Shown piece after piece: positions 46,301 to 59,345 of a stretch of 64,000 nt of DNA. This DNA is from Hormiphora californensis (taxonomy: Eukaryota > Animalia > Ctenophora). Position 1 is the first letter of the stretch; every line of letters starts with the position of its first letter. Under the pieces are notes generated by a model. That model was not told the origin of the DNA. It was given only the letters and a program-made list of their open reading frames with translations, and searched no databases. The stretch is taken from NCBI GenBank assembly GCA_020137815.1, contig CM035358.1, positions 3,224,001 to 3,288,000 of the forward strand. The letters run 5' to 3'. A program made the position numbers and the translations under genes.

Positions 46301-49300
46301 GTGTGATCTGCTGCTGCAGTGTGATCATTCAGTGTGTGATCTGCTGCTGCAGTGTGATATCTGAAAATATAGAGCTGCCGCAGTGTGTGTTATTGTGTGT
46401 GAGCTACAGCTGGCCGTGTGAGTGCAGAATAATAGAGAATGCAGCTGATGTTACCCAGGGTGTTGACAAGGATAGAACCATGTACCCTACTTTGTGGGAT
46501 TTCTCTCTCTTTTTTCATTATTTTATCTCTCTCTCTCTCACGACCCCCCTCCGGCCCATCTAACCCCTGTCTTCCCTCACGACCCCACGGCCCGTCTAAC
46601 CCCTGTATTCCCTTGTTTGTGCCTATATAAAGGGTAAACAGAAGGATATCAGGGCTACTCCGTAAGGACGTAGAGGCCGCCCAGGATCAGTTTAGGATGG
46701 AACAAGTACCTGAGGATGTTCCTGAATCACCTACCTTCCCACCCATGCCCAACAGAGAGGAACAGCTCAATAGGTAGGTATCTGGGAACTGGGATATTTT
46801 TAAAAAGGGGGTGGTTTTTAGTTTTTAGAGGGGAAACTTGGTTTTGTTATGGGGATTTCTCCGACAAACAAACAAACAAACTGACTTCCTGACAAATATA
46901 CATGTGTTGCAAGTGTGTGCGTGCCAGTGCGTATGTGCGTGTAAGATATCTCTCTCCTTCTCTCTTCTCTATTTAGTGTCCTTTACTTTAAACCTTCCTT
47001 TTTATGTACCTTCCCTCACAAATCGTTCTTTAAATGTTGATTTAGTGTTTGCATGGAATGACGTGTCGTCTTCTTTTACACAGTTCACCTAGGTCTTATA
47101 ATACACCAACCAATTATATACAGTCCACTCACTTGTCTTCACTTTATCAATTATTAACACAATAAAGGGGGGGGGCCAAGGCCAAAAAAAGCCAAACCCG
47201 CCCTGAAATCCGGGTCTGATCTGGCTTTTTTTGGCTTTTTTTGATCTGGCTTTTTTTGGCTTTTTTTGATCTGGCCTTTTTTGATTTGGCTTTTTTTGGC
47301 CTTTTTTGGCTTTTATTGGCCTTTTTTGGCTTTTTTTGGCTTTTTTTGATCTGGCTTTTTTTGATTTAGCAGTTTTGATCTGGCTTTTTTTGGCTTTTTT
47401 TGATCTGGCTTTTTTTGATCTGGCTTTTTTTGGCTTTTTTTGATCTGGCTTTTTTTGGCTTTTTTTGATCTGGCTTTTTTTGGCTTTTTTTGATCTGGCT
47501 TTTTTTATATCAAACTTTTTTCGGTATAAAATTTTTTTCCCTAACGATATAAAATGGTAAAACTAGATCAAAGAAGCCATTTTAAAGTGTTTTTAATGTC
47601 AAACAGACCATATAATGTCAGAATTACATGCCAAAATGACCAAAAAAGTAGGGCCAAAAAAAGCCAAAAAAAGCCAGACCCGCCCTAAAATCCGGGATTG
47701 ATCTGGCTTTTTTTGGCCTTGGCCCCCCCCCATAAAGTTCTCAACAAAGTACCTAAACGATTTTACAAATCCATTATAACAGTGAAACTTCATCAGAATG
47801 CTTGTCTAGTCAGTTAATACGGGCTAAATCTGCCCTAAAAGGAGTAGCTAACTCATTGTACCATAATAATACACACTGAATTGGCCTGACTTGTAAGTGT
47901 CCACACATAGCCCTACAATTCACACTTTGCATGGGCGGTAGGCTTCTTCTAAGAGATAGCACACGCTGATTTTAGACTAGATCGGGGCCGGGGTCCGTCT
48001 CACTGTAGTGAATCACGGATAGTTACACCTCGCAGACTAGAAATTCATCCAAATACGAAGCCCCCTCTTTCCCTCATTTCTATCACTTATCCCACATACA
48101 CCCCCAACTAATTGTTGCATCACTGCATCTCTACGAGCACCCTGTATGAGCACATGCATCTGGTAACTACACACGCCCCCTTGTCTCCCCAAGTCCCCCA
48201 GTCAACTGCCTCCCTTCCCTAACTCTCTAACTACCCAGGGTTTACCGGCCACCCGAGGCAGTTCACGATGAGCATCAGATTTACACCGCATCCACTGACG
48301 TCTACAGTTTCTCTATAATTCTAGTGGAAATCGGGGGACGGACAGAAATATCTCCGCCGGTATGTGTCAACCTCAATGGTGTAGTGCATCGCCATTAGTA
48401 ACAGTACAGTGGTTACCAGTAACAGTGGTTACCATGGTTACTAGTAACAGTGGTTACCAGTAACAGTGGTTACCATGGTTACCAATCCTCCCTCTCAGGA
48501 GGAGACGCGTTATGATCCAGCGTGGAGGCCTGAGTTACCAGACCTGGATTGTTCTGACAAGGACCCAGATAACTCCCTCCCCATGGCTTTCCGGTATCTT
48601 GACGTGAGTGTATAATGACCAGAGCTAGTTAAACCGTTTGTTTAATGTCAAGAAAATCGACCTTTGTGGTTTGTACGATTTCCTTTCTAGATCTTTACGT
48701 CTAATTTTCCAGAGAACTTGTAATTTGGTAATGACTAGATAAACCATTATCTTCTCCCCTAATTATCTCTCTCGTGATCACCCTCTCTCTCTCTCTCTCT
48801 CTAGTTAATCAAGTCATGTTGGGATGACAGGCAGGGTGCCAGACCGTCCTTCACCGAAGTGAAGAAGCAACTTCACCTGATAAACCCCAGCAAGGTAACA
48901 GGAGTTGTATATTTTGCTATAGCGCAAATCATTGCTAGTTTTACTCTGACTCACGTTAATTCTATTGTAGGAGAACCCTGTGGACACGATGATGAAACTC
49001 ATGGAGAAGTACAGTAAACATTTGGAAGCCATGGTTACCGAGCGAACTCAGGAGTTAGTGGAAGAAAAGAAGAAAACAGATCGACTCCTCTACGGTAAGA
49101 AAACTTTCTTCTACTAAACTTCCAATAAAATATTCCATCGCTTTGTAGATTGCTACCCCTGGGGGGTACGTCACCTTTTTTTTGCCCACTGCCCACATTA
49201 TTCTTAAATTTTGAATTTGCCCACATGGGCAAAAGTGGGCAAAAGTGGGCAAAAGTAGGCAAAAGTAGGCAAAAAAAATTAAATCCATAAAAAATATATG

Positions 49301-51957
49301 CTATCAACCAGGTAATCGTCTGTGACAAAGGTTTTTCACCACTAATGTCCTCCTAGAGGTCCCCCCTATCGATTCCAACCGATAATTTATTTGCTCAAGG
49401 TTGATAAGGCTCCATATCCAACTGGGAAAAATGGGCAAAATATGTTGGTAAAATTAGGAAAATTGGTCATTTTAGGCACGTTTCTCACATAATTGGAGTG
49501 GAAAATTTTTCTGGTTTTTCTGGGACCCCATTGGAGTACAATGCAAGTGGAAAACCTTTGTTATGTATCAGTTCCCTAAATAGCCCCAAAATGACGAAAA
49601 ATCACTGGCCTTTGCCTAATTTTGCCAAAAATTTTTGCCCACTTTTGTCCAGTCGGACATGGAGCCTTATCAACCCTAAGTCATAAGTAAGTACATTAAT
49701 TATCGGTTGGAATCGATAGAGGGGACCTCTTGGAAGACATTGGAGGTGAAAAACATTTGTCACAGAGGGTTTTCTGGTAAAGTTTTGATGCTTATAATAT
49801 TTTTGCCCACTTTTTGCCCACTTTGCCCACATTATACCTGTTTTTTGAGATTTCAGTTTGCCCATGTGGGCAAATGTGGGCAAATGTGGGCAAAAAAAAA
49901 GGTGACGACCCCCCCCTACCCCTCCCTAAATCATAAAACCAATAACCATTTGCATTACCCTTCTCCCAGCTATGTTGCCGAAAGCTGTGGCAGAGGATCT
50001 AAAGCAGGGTAACCCTATCTTGGCTGAAAAGTTCGATTGTTGTACCATCTTCTTCAGTGACATTGTGGGATTCACCCACTTGAGTAGCAGCTCAACACCC
50101 CTCCAGGTAACTAGTTAGAGGCAGGTAACTAATAGGGGCAGATAACTAATAGGGACAGGTAACTAATAGGGGCAGGTAACTAATAGGGACAGGTAACTAG
50201 TTAGGGACAGGTAACTAATAGGGGCAGGTAACTAATAGGGGCAGGTAACTAATAGGGGCAGGTAACTAATAGGGGCAGGTAACTAATAGGGGCAGGTAAC
50301 TAGTAGGGGCGTGAACCATTACTAGTTTGTTGTACAACTATGTTTCATGTAAACCCAGTTCCCAGGTGTGATATAACACTCCTCTTCAACAGGTTGTAGA
50401 ACTGTTGAACCAGATGTACACTGCCTTTGATAGCATCATTGATGAACATGATGTATATAAAGTTGAAACCATCGGAGATGCCTGTACGTGAGATTCAATT
50501 ACTTTTATTACTCTGCTACTACCCCCCCCCCCTCCGTAATTGCCTTGCTCGATCCTATTTCCGCGACGTCCCTAACACTCCCCTATTCTATTTCTTTAAC
50601 CCACCCCTAGACCCAACATCATCTCCCTATTCCCCCCTAACCCTACTCCGATCCCCCCTAACCCTACTCCGACCCCCCCTAGCCCTACTCACCCCCCGGC
50701 CTCCACCCCCAACCCTACTCCCTAACCCTACTCCCCCTAACCCTACTCCCCCTAACCCTACTCCCCCCTAACCCTACTCACCCCCCCCCCCCCTAACCCT
50801 ACTCCGATCCCCCCTAACCCTACTCCCCCTAACCCTACTTCCCACTCTTTCAGATATGGTGGTTAGTGGTGTACCCAACAGGAACGGAGACAGACACGCA
50901 GAAGAGATTGCCACAATGGCTCTCAAGATTGTCTGTTTCTGCCGGGGGTTCCGTGTGCCACATCGACCTGAGCAGATTGTTAATATCCGGGCGGGCATCC
51001 ATTCTGGTTCTGTGGTAACCGGAGTCGTGGGTCTCAAGATGCCGCGGTTCTGTTTGTTCGGTGATACCGTCAATATGGCCAGTCGAATGGAGAGCACTGG
51101 AGAGGGTACGTCTCATTAGTAATTAGTTATTAGTTAATTATTGATAACTATAATTATCAGTACTAGCTGTGTATTCAATGCCCATTCTCCCCTTTACAGC
51201 TCTGAAGATTCAAGTGAGTCCTGATACCCATGTGATCCTAAAGGATGACCCTGAGTTTACCTTCCAATACAGAGGACCAATCACAGTCAAGGTAAGTTAC
51301 TCCTTCATAAACACAACTGCTCCTTCATAAATATAATTGTTGCCAAATATTAACAATATGGCCTACTAGGGTAAGGGAACAAAGGAGACTCATTGGCTGC
51401 TAGGAAAGAAGGACCTAAACATTAATCGATGTCTATCCCCTGGAGCCCACAAGAGGATATTCAAGGGCAACAAACATGTTCCGCCGCCCAACCCCCTCAC
51501 GCCAAACTCGTAAGTTTTCCAAGAATGCCTAGCATGTAGAAATAACAATTGTACAATTTGGGTTAAATCTCCTGATCATTTCTAGATCACCATCCCTTGA
51601 ATGAAAGTCTGACGAAAGCGAGGTAGCTCAGAGTGTGTGAGAGAGTTGTTAAAGCCTGGGATGTTGCTTTAGATGTTGGGTTTTTAAGTAAATAAAGCAT
51701 TCGTAATCTTCCTTACTATTACCACACAGAATTAATTTCTAAAGTTAACACCACCCAGGCCCGAGCCGCTGCCACCTGCAAAATCGGAACTGTCACCGCC
51801 CCCATACTCACCAAAATGTAACGGCAATGGTAGCACCCCAAATAATAACGGTCCCAGTCCCTTCGACATTAGTCTGGAGGATACCCCCTTCCTGAGGGGC
51901 TCAACGGAGAGGGAATCAGCGACATCCCGAGACCATCTTCTCGATCCAAGGGTCTGA
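40377..51957 (+). CDS. Receptor (transmembrane) guanylyl cyclase; more than 20 exons
   Basis: Signal [11 protein letters not shown], Cys-rich ectodomain, TM segment [20 protein letters not shown]. Kinase-homology motifs [16 protein letters not shown]...[31 protein letters not shown]. Cyclase motifs [48 protein letters not shown], with the Glu/Cys pair that specifies GTP. Confidence 0.93.
42917..44259. mobile_element. Non-autonomous hAT-like element, copy 2 (inverted), in a guanylyl cyclase intron
   Basis: Reverse complement of 38146-39502; perfect 8-bp TSD TCAACAAC. Confidence 0.92.
47167..47731. mobile_element. MITE with G-run termini and an internal (GATCTGGCTTTTTTTGGCTTTTTTT)n array
   Basis: TIR GGGGGGGGGCCAAGGCCAAAAAAAGCC / GGCTTTTTTTGGCCTTGGCCCCCCCCC; ATAAA on both flanks. 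Confidence 0.75.
49161..49915. mobile_element. MITE with GGGGGGT(A)CGTCACC TIRs and TTGCCCAC subterminal repeats
   Basis: TIRs at both ends; 8-bp TSD CTACCCCT. Confidence 0.8.
50104..50310 (+). repeat. Minisatellite of about 17 bp built on the 5' splice site (CAGGTAACTAATAGGGG)
   Basis: About 12 tandem units starting at the exon end CTCCAG|GTAACT. Confidence 0.9.
50630..50840. repeat. CCCTAACCCTACTCC minisatellite, intronic
   Basis: Tandem 17-22 bp units containing CCCTAA. Confidence 0.85.
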
Positions 51958-52699
51958 GAGACAGTAGTAGTTATTACACAAGAAAATTAAGAGATAGAGA
52001 GAGAAATGAGAGTTTTTGTACGAATTCAGATGAAACTTTTTGAGTGAACGTGTGTTACAAACTGGTTTTTATGTAGCGTGTACGTTTGAGTGTGTATCAA
52101 ATATATGATTAGGAAAGTTCTACTACAACAAACTACTTGACCCGCAATATAAACACTTTGATTATCGAGAGCTTTAGAAAGACTGAGAGAAGTTATATAT
52201 AGAAATATACAACATTCTTTATTTTTCACACAACTGAGAAGAGTAAATTATTGAAGATTATTTTTATTGAAGCAGCACCTCTTGTAAGATAGTGTAATTG
52301 TGGTTTAAACTGTGATAACTCTGACACGTTTTAACACTGTTTCTATTACATAAGGAACGGTTTGAGTAAGAGGTCTTATGTAGATTCTGCAGGCCCTCTA
52401 GAATTAGAATTAGAAAATGGGAGATGGCTGTCAGAGCATTGACAATGACAGGGATGTGACAGTGGAGAGAGATCTTGTTCAGCGCCTCACGTAATGGTGT
52501 TATAAAATGATTTCAAAATTGCAGCTTTTAGCCTGCTTTCATAGTTTAATTGACGCCTTTTAACTTTGTTGTTGAGCTCTCACCAAATTGGTATATTTAT
52601 TTTGAGATATATGCCGCCGATGCTGGCTTTTATATTTTACACTGCAAATTATGGCGCGCGGGCTTGTAGTCCCGCCGCGCGCGTTACAAGAATCTTTCT

Positions 52700-53671
52700 A
52701 CGGTGGCAGATTCCGGCCAAGAGTTTTTTTCAATCAAGTGAAATATTTTTGTTTGAAGTTTTATAAAAAAATTATTTCAAAATAAAAATAAACATGTCGT
52801 TAAAATTATTGGCCGGAATCTGCCACGCGAGTGGCAGATCTCGGCCAAAATTCTAAAAAAACCTTGGCCAGAATCTGCCAACCACGTGGCAGATTCCGGC
52901 CAACAAACTGAAACTTACTTATATCAAAGCGAAAACCGCTGTACCCGACTAATTTTGATACGCTGAATCACGTAAGCAACTTTTCCAATCCCTCAGAGGT
53001 CGGGAAAGTGTCCTAATTGAGCATAATAGGGTCTAATTGACCCCACTTACAACTTTTCACCTGGAAACGATAGACGCTTATGTGAAGGCACTTTTCCGAC
53101 TAATTTTGATAAGCTGAATCACGTAAGCTATTTTTCAAAGCCCCCCAAGGTCGGGAAAGTGCCCTAATTGAGCAATTAAGGCCAATTAGACTTAATTATA
53201 CTTAATTAAGCCAAATTCCCGACCTCGGAGGGCTTAGAAAAGTTGCTTACGTGATTCAGCGTATCAAAATTAGTCGGAAAAGTGCCTTCACATAAGCGTC
53301 TATCGTTTCCAGGTGAAAAGTTGTAAGTGGGGTCAATTAGACCCTATTATGCTCAATTAGGACACTTTCCCGACCTCTGAGGGATTGGAAAAGTTGCTTA
53401 CGTGATTCAGCGTATCAAAATTAGTCGGGTACAGCGGTTTTCGCTTTGATATAAGTAAGTTTCAGTTTGTTGGCCGGAATCTGCCACGTGGTTGGCAGAT
53501 TCTGGCCAAGGTTTTTTTAAAATCTTGGCCGAGATCTGCCACTCGCGTGGCAGCTTCCGGCAATAATTTTAAGGACATGTTTATTTTTATTTTGAAATAA
53601 AATTTTTATAAAACTTCAAGCAAAAATATTTCACTTGACTAAAAAAACACTTGGCCGGAATCTGCCACCGT
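52700..53671. mobile_element. Palindromic foldback element, MULE-like
   Basis: Arms of about 480 bp, ACGGTGGCAGATTCCGGCCAAG...CTTGGCCGGAATCTGCCACCGT, with a perfect 9-bp TSD AATCTTTCT. Confidence 0.9.
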
Positions 53672-54879
53672 AATCTTTCTTTACTTCTCAAGTTAAGCGC
53701 GGCGGCGGAAAATTTTCTTAAAATTTCAAAAATTGTGCTCCAAAATTTCTCGTCGTTCCTGCATTCGTTTCTTCCGCATTCCTGCACCCCTGAATCACGT
53801 TTTTCGCAGTATATACCTCAGATCACGAACCTTATCACATAAATTTCCTTCATATTTGTCTCAGGGTGATTGGATTTCGCATTTTGGTGAGGCGAAAAAG
53901 GAACTGTGAGGGCTGCGGAGTGCAGGCTGCCCGTTGCACTAAAGCGTGTTAGATGAGCGCCTCCGTAACCAAATAATAAGTGCACTCTTGTGGTATCACT
54001 TGGTCCAGTGGTGGAACCGGAGAGGAGGGGGGGTGACATTTTGGCCAAAATGAGCTCAAAACACTGCCCAAAATTTTCCGGGCTTCGCTGTCTCTCCGCC
54101 CGAATTTGAAAAATGATACCTTTAAGTGAGAGAGGATAGCGGAGATTTTCTTAACAAATTATCGGGGTACTCCTTGGTGGCCTAAGTTCATTGCAGAGGC
54201 CCATTAATGGTGCGTCTCGCATGTGTTAGCTCGATTTTCAAAAACATGCTAGACTCTAGAGACAAGCGGTTTTCACTAAAGTTTTAGTTAGCCATCAAGG
54301 AGTACACAGATAATTTGTTAAAAAACCCCTGCTGTTCTCTCTTCAAACAATGAAAACATCGACTTTTTGGCCTAAACACAAAAAATTTTCTCGGGGTCCG
54401 CTGTCTCCCCGCCCGAAGTATGGAATTTTACTGGAAAAATATATTTTACTGTAGAAAAAAACCTACAAGCCAGGCCAACGGTCGTGTGACCTGTGTGTTT
54501 CGGAAAAGCTGGAAATCTTGAAAATGGTTGGGGACACTAGATTACTGAACTCAAGACGGGAATTGACGGGGAAATGTAGGCACCAAACCAGATGGAGACT
54601 ACCCCGTCCACCAAATGGCTAGAGTGTACAATACCACAGAGAGAGAAAGGGGCAGCCATAGATCTGTGTCCCCCAAACTCCCCCTGACTGTTCCCATGTG
54701 TTTTTTGAGTGTGTAGTGAACAATGCACGATGTAATCCGACACTTTACACAACATTGATCCTGTGTTGGGTAGCACCCTAGTTTAGATGTTTTCTGACCC
54801 TTATTCACTAGTAGTTACATTCATCGGTTTATTAATATTGATATTAGATTTATATTGTATAACCCTAACATTCTGCATA

Positions 54880-54923
54880 GCACTGATGAGCGGAATGTTA
54901 CATTCTGTGAAACATATGTTTGC
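54880..54923 (+). ncRNA. Candidate minimal type I hammerhead ribozyme
   Basis: GCA-CUGAUGA-[GCGGAAUG UUA CAUUCUGU]-GAAAC-AUAU-GUU-UGC: conserved core, 8-bp stem II, palindromic loop 3, 3-bp stem I. Confidence 0.55.
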
Positions 54924-55275
54924 GTAAATCTCCGTGTTTCATTTCTACTAAGTTCATAAGTTCAAATATAAGTTCAATTCACCTTCAAATCTCCTCACAG
55001 TTCATGTTTCCCGGTTCACATCACACTTCATCACATCAACGTCATGACTCCTCAACAGACACAAGTAATATAGTTTTATCTGATCAATCCTCCCTTTCAA
55101 TATTTAGTTTGCTGCATTAGTTATCATAATAGCTATTTTCAATATTCAATTCTGGGTTAACCCTTTCGATGTTTAGGGTATTTAGTAGATTTAAAATGCA
55201 TTTTCAATATTCAACTCTGGGTTGTGTTAACTCATTTGAAACTTCTCTGTGTAGGTTCAGGGAATACCAGACGCG

Positions 55276-57441
55276 ATGTGGCAGTTCTTTGACTTGGGTC
55301 TTTGGTATTCTCAATTATCTTGGTGAGATATATTGCCCCCTTTCTCCGAGATACTGACTGAATTAATTTCCGAATTATAATATCCAATGAAATGCAAAAA
55401 TAAACATTAAACGAGCATGCATTATCTTTTTATTTTTCAGGTTTGGCAAAGAAATCAGGAAAGTTGTTGCTCCTCGGGTTAGATAATGCCGGTAAAACAA
55501 CACTTCTACAGATGCTTAGAGATGACCGGTTAGGAACCAACGTACCCACCCTGCATGCTAGTGAGTTTCTAGTTAATTTATTCGTTCATTTCAACTCGCG
55601 TTCTCAGAAGGCCACGCTGTTTATATATTAATTCCTGGAACCGGCAATGATCCATAGTATACAAGGGACAAGGGTAGTTTAATATGAAGTGTCCTCCAAT
55701 TTTAGGGAATTCCTTTTGACCTTGCTGAAACCCAGCGCCTACTTCAGAAATTCAGTTTGAGAATATTATAACTAGATTTTGGGAGATGAATTGCTATCCT
55801 CCTTATTTTACACGTAGAATTGGTTGCTCTTAGACTTTGAGAACACGGAGAAAGCAAAACATTTTTAGATCATTATTTGCCCTAAAGTGGGTTTTAAAAT
55901 TGAGAGAGAAATTAGAAAGCTGGCAGTTTATTTTAGTGTCCATCTACAACCGGACTTGAATGTGGATACTAAAAAAGTGTTCTGGCTACCCTCTGATACA
56001 CCTTCCGTGATTCAAAATCCTTTTCTGTGTGATTCTACAAGTGTAGTCTGGGCCCTGGGGTGTAGTCTTTGTTACCGCATGTGAAATTATTATAGGGAGA
56101 GAGAGAGAAAAAAGAGAGAGAGACCGCTCAGAACGCGTGCTTTCTCTCTACTCCAGCTCTCTCTCTCTCTACATGTGTGTAAGCGTGTGTATTGCGGTGT
56201 GTAACATTAACCCCCTGATGCGTACTGAGTGTGTGCCTGTGGGTCCAATTATAAATAACTCTCCCCTTCTCTCTCTCCAATTCACACTCACACAACCTAA
56301 CAAGCAAAACTCAATAGTACACTTTCACACTATGAGATGGGGTAGTATTTCAATCCTAGAGAGATGGGGGATAAAACAGTAGATTTAAATACTTTTTTAC
56401 ACGCACACTCAAATTATACCACCTCAGATTTCTTAGAATAACACTGGAGTAGTCCATAGTACCCCTACACAGGACATGAGAGAGATCAGAGAGACTTCAT
56501 TATTGAATTATCCTTCACATCTTAATGCCACTCTGTCCCTCCTTTTCTCTCTGCTTCTCCAGTGCAGGAAGTGGAACTTCTTATCCCCTCTGCTATCTTA
56601 CTACCCTCTCCCTGCTATCTCACTACTCTCTCCCTCCTATCTCCATCTATGACGTCCCTTTTATGTCACACAAGTTGCTCTTGTAAAACAAGATTTGCTG
56701 GATCAATGACGCAAGAGGCTCCCTTATCGCTAGTTTTGCAGAGTTGCGCGCAATTGTGAGTGACAGATGTCAGCAGTAGGGGTGCGCGTTCAAGCCATAA
56801 TAGAGGCTACGTGTTACCTTTCAACCTACATTCGGATCTTCTGTCGATCCAAGTGATTCCCGTTATTTTCAACCTGGATTTGTAATGTTTACATGTTTTC
56901 AGCTTCTGAAGAATTGACGCTCAACAACATCAAATTGACGACATTTGATTTGGGTGGCCACACACAGGGTGAGTCAGTTAAAACACAACATTTTAGTAGT
57001 CCATCATTTGACTCTGGATTGTTGTCTAACTTTATCACTCTAATAACTAACCCCCTCCTCCTCCTCTTTCAGCTCGTAAGATCTGGAAGGACTATTTCCC
57101 TGTTGTTGACACCATTGTTTTCATTATTGACTCTGTTGATCGGGAAAGGTTTAATGTCGCTAAAGAGGAACTGGACGCTCTTCTGTCCGACGAACAAATC
57201 GCCCATCTGCCCATCCTAATTCTTGGAAACAAAATCGACTGTCCTGGTAAGAGAGACAGCAAAGTCATGATAATTTTTTGAAATGTTTCGACAGTTTTAT
57301 TCAAATAATTGTAGTTAGTTTCGTTATTTCAATGTTGTTCCCACCAGGAGCCGCTGGTGAAGACGAAGTGAGGCACGTTTTCAGCCTACACGGACAAACT
57401 ACTGGAAAGGTAACTCTCTTTCTTCCTTTCTCTCTCTCTCT

Positions 57442-57515
<74 letters not shown>

Positions 57516-57649
57516 AACCCCGATCCTCTCCCTAGGGTACCATCCCCCGAAAGGACCTCCAGACGCGACCCATTGAACTCTTTATGTGTTCTATCCTGAA
57601 ACGACACGGCTACGGTGAGGCCTTCCGATGGCTTTCACAGTACCTATAA
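55276..57649 (+). CDS. SAR1: COPII small GTPase Sar1; six exons, with a probable 1-nt sequencing insertion in exon 1
   Basis: [85 protein letters not shown]. Confidence 0.96.
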
Positions 57650-59345
57650 AGACAACTGATGCAGAACAAGACTAGTGTTGATACGAGGAACCCGGCGGGC
57701 TCAAATTGTTAATGGTGATTGTAGGATGATCACTATGCGCTATAGTTTTCTGTGTTAATGTGTATGAATTTCTGATATATCTGAGGCACATCCATACAAA
57801 TCCAGGGACTGACATGATGAGAGAGAATGGGTTTTGTTGGGCCATAATCTTATTCTGTCTTGAGAGGGGGTGAGATAGTGAGTGGGATTATTGGGAGAAA
57901 ATGAGAGGGTGGAAGTTAGTGATATTGTGTGTCTGTATGAGTAAGTGTCCACCTGTAAACTTGATGCTATGTTAAGTTTAATTAACTGATGTGTTTAATG
58001 ATTCCCCGAAATAGCGATCCGTAAATAATTCAAGGGGTGCAGGTGTGCCTCACAACTTGGCGCGGGCCTCAGTTTTAAGGGTGACTGCGTCTATTGACCA
58101 ACACCAGGTTATTGTGGGTCTAACGACCTTGTCTGAGACAATCTCTCCCACGACACGGCAAATCGTGTTCAGATTATTAGAAGCACACCCCTTGAGCTGT
58201 TAACGGATCGCTGAGTTTCTCGTTTTTCGAGCGGGTTGGAAGATAGAAATCTGTAAGGCAGGGTCGACATTGAACTGGACCGCGGAGACAGAACAAACAG
58301 TTCAAGATCCATCTAATCCCAAGATCGGGCGAGAGTGTATCTGGGAGAAAGGGGTGTCACTGACAGACTAAATGACAAATGTAGCCCACGTGTCTTGTTA
58401 GGAGGTGATTGGGACACTGCTTGTTGGGAGGGGACAGTGACACGACAGCTGTACCTTTTCCAGTGAGATGGGGGTATCTGTTAGCTGTAGATAGTCTGTC
58501 AGGCCAATGCTCTGACCACAGTGCAGTTCTCGTGTGCTCCGCGAAATGAGAATAGGGTCAGGCCAATGCTCTGACAGTGGAAAGGGCAACACCTATTATT
58601 TATACTAGGCGGATCAGACTGCCGTGTCCCCAATGCTCTCTGAGCGTGGTAAACTTCCCATTTATTGATACTAATTGGATTGGAGTATCGAAATTATAAA
58701 GCATTGTCACTCTCCTCAAAGTCTATCCATCTCTCGGAATAGTTTTAGTGCTTGGTGAGGAATGACGCAACCTCTCGCACTAAGTTGGCGGCCTCTCTGT
58801 GCAAGCGTGGAACAGGCACTGAACTATTTAGTCAAGCACCCTAAGAAGGGGATACTTATTTGGTGCTAAGGTAGCGGCATACTGGCGGGGCCTTGTTCCT
58901 GATACGATCTTTCACGGATCAGTATATCGTTTCAATTTGTCTCTGACGTTTGCAGGATCTGGATATTGACAGTTTCAATGAAACGGATCAGTTTCTAAAT
59001 CCCCGAATTCAATTAAAGACTCTTTAATTGTGCCGCTACCTCAGTAAAATTAAAGAACACATCATTTAAATGATTTGAAAAGTCAGACTTAAAATTTACA
59101 ATATGGTTACGTAATAAATAATCAAATATTATCTTCCCTCTGTCACTACCTCTCTCTCTCTCTAATGTCTAACTCACTCTCCATCTGTCTTTCTCTTCCT
59201 CTCTCACTCTCTTTCTCTCACTGCAATACGTAACAATATAGCAGAACAAATAATATCAAAAATGCTAAAACAACGAAAACAAAAATACGCCTACCAGTAC
59301 TCTCTATGAACGGCTATATCCTATAAAATGTGCCGCCCAATACTC

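Noticed and set aside
50630-50840. Telomere or interstitial telomeric array
   Set aside because: CCCTAA is embedded in longer units within an intron, not in a pure (TTAGGG)n tract.
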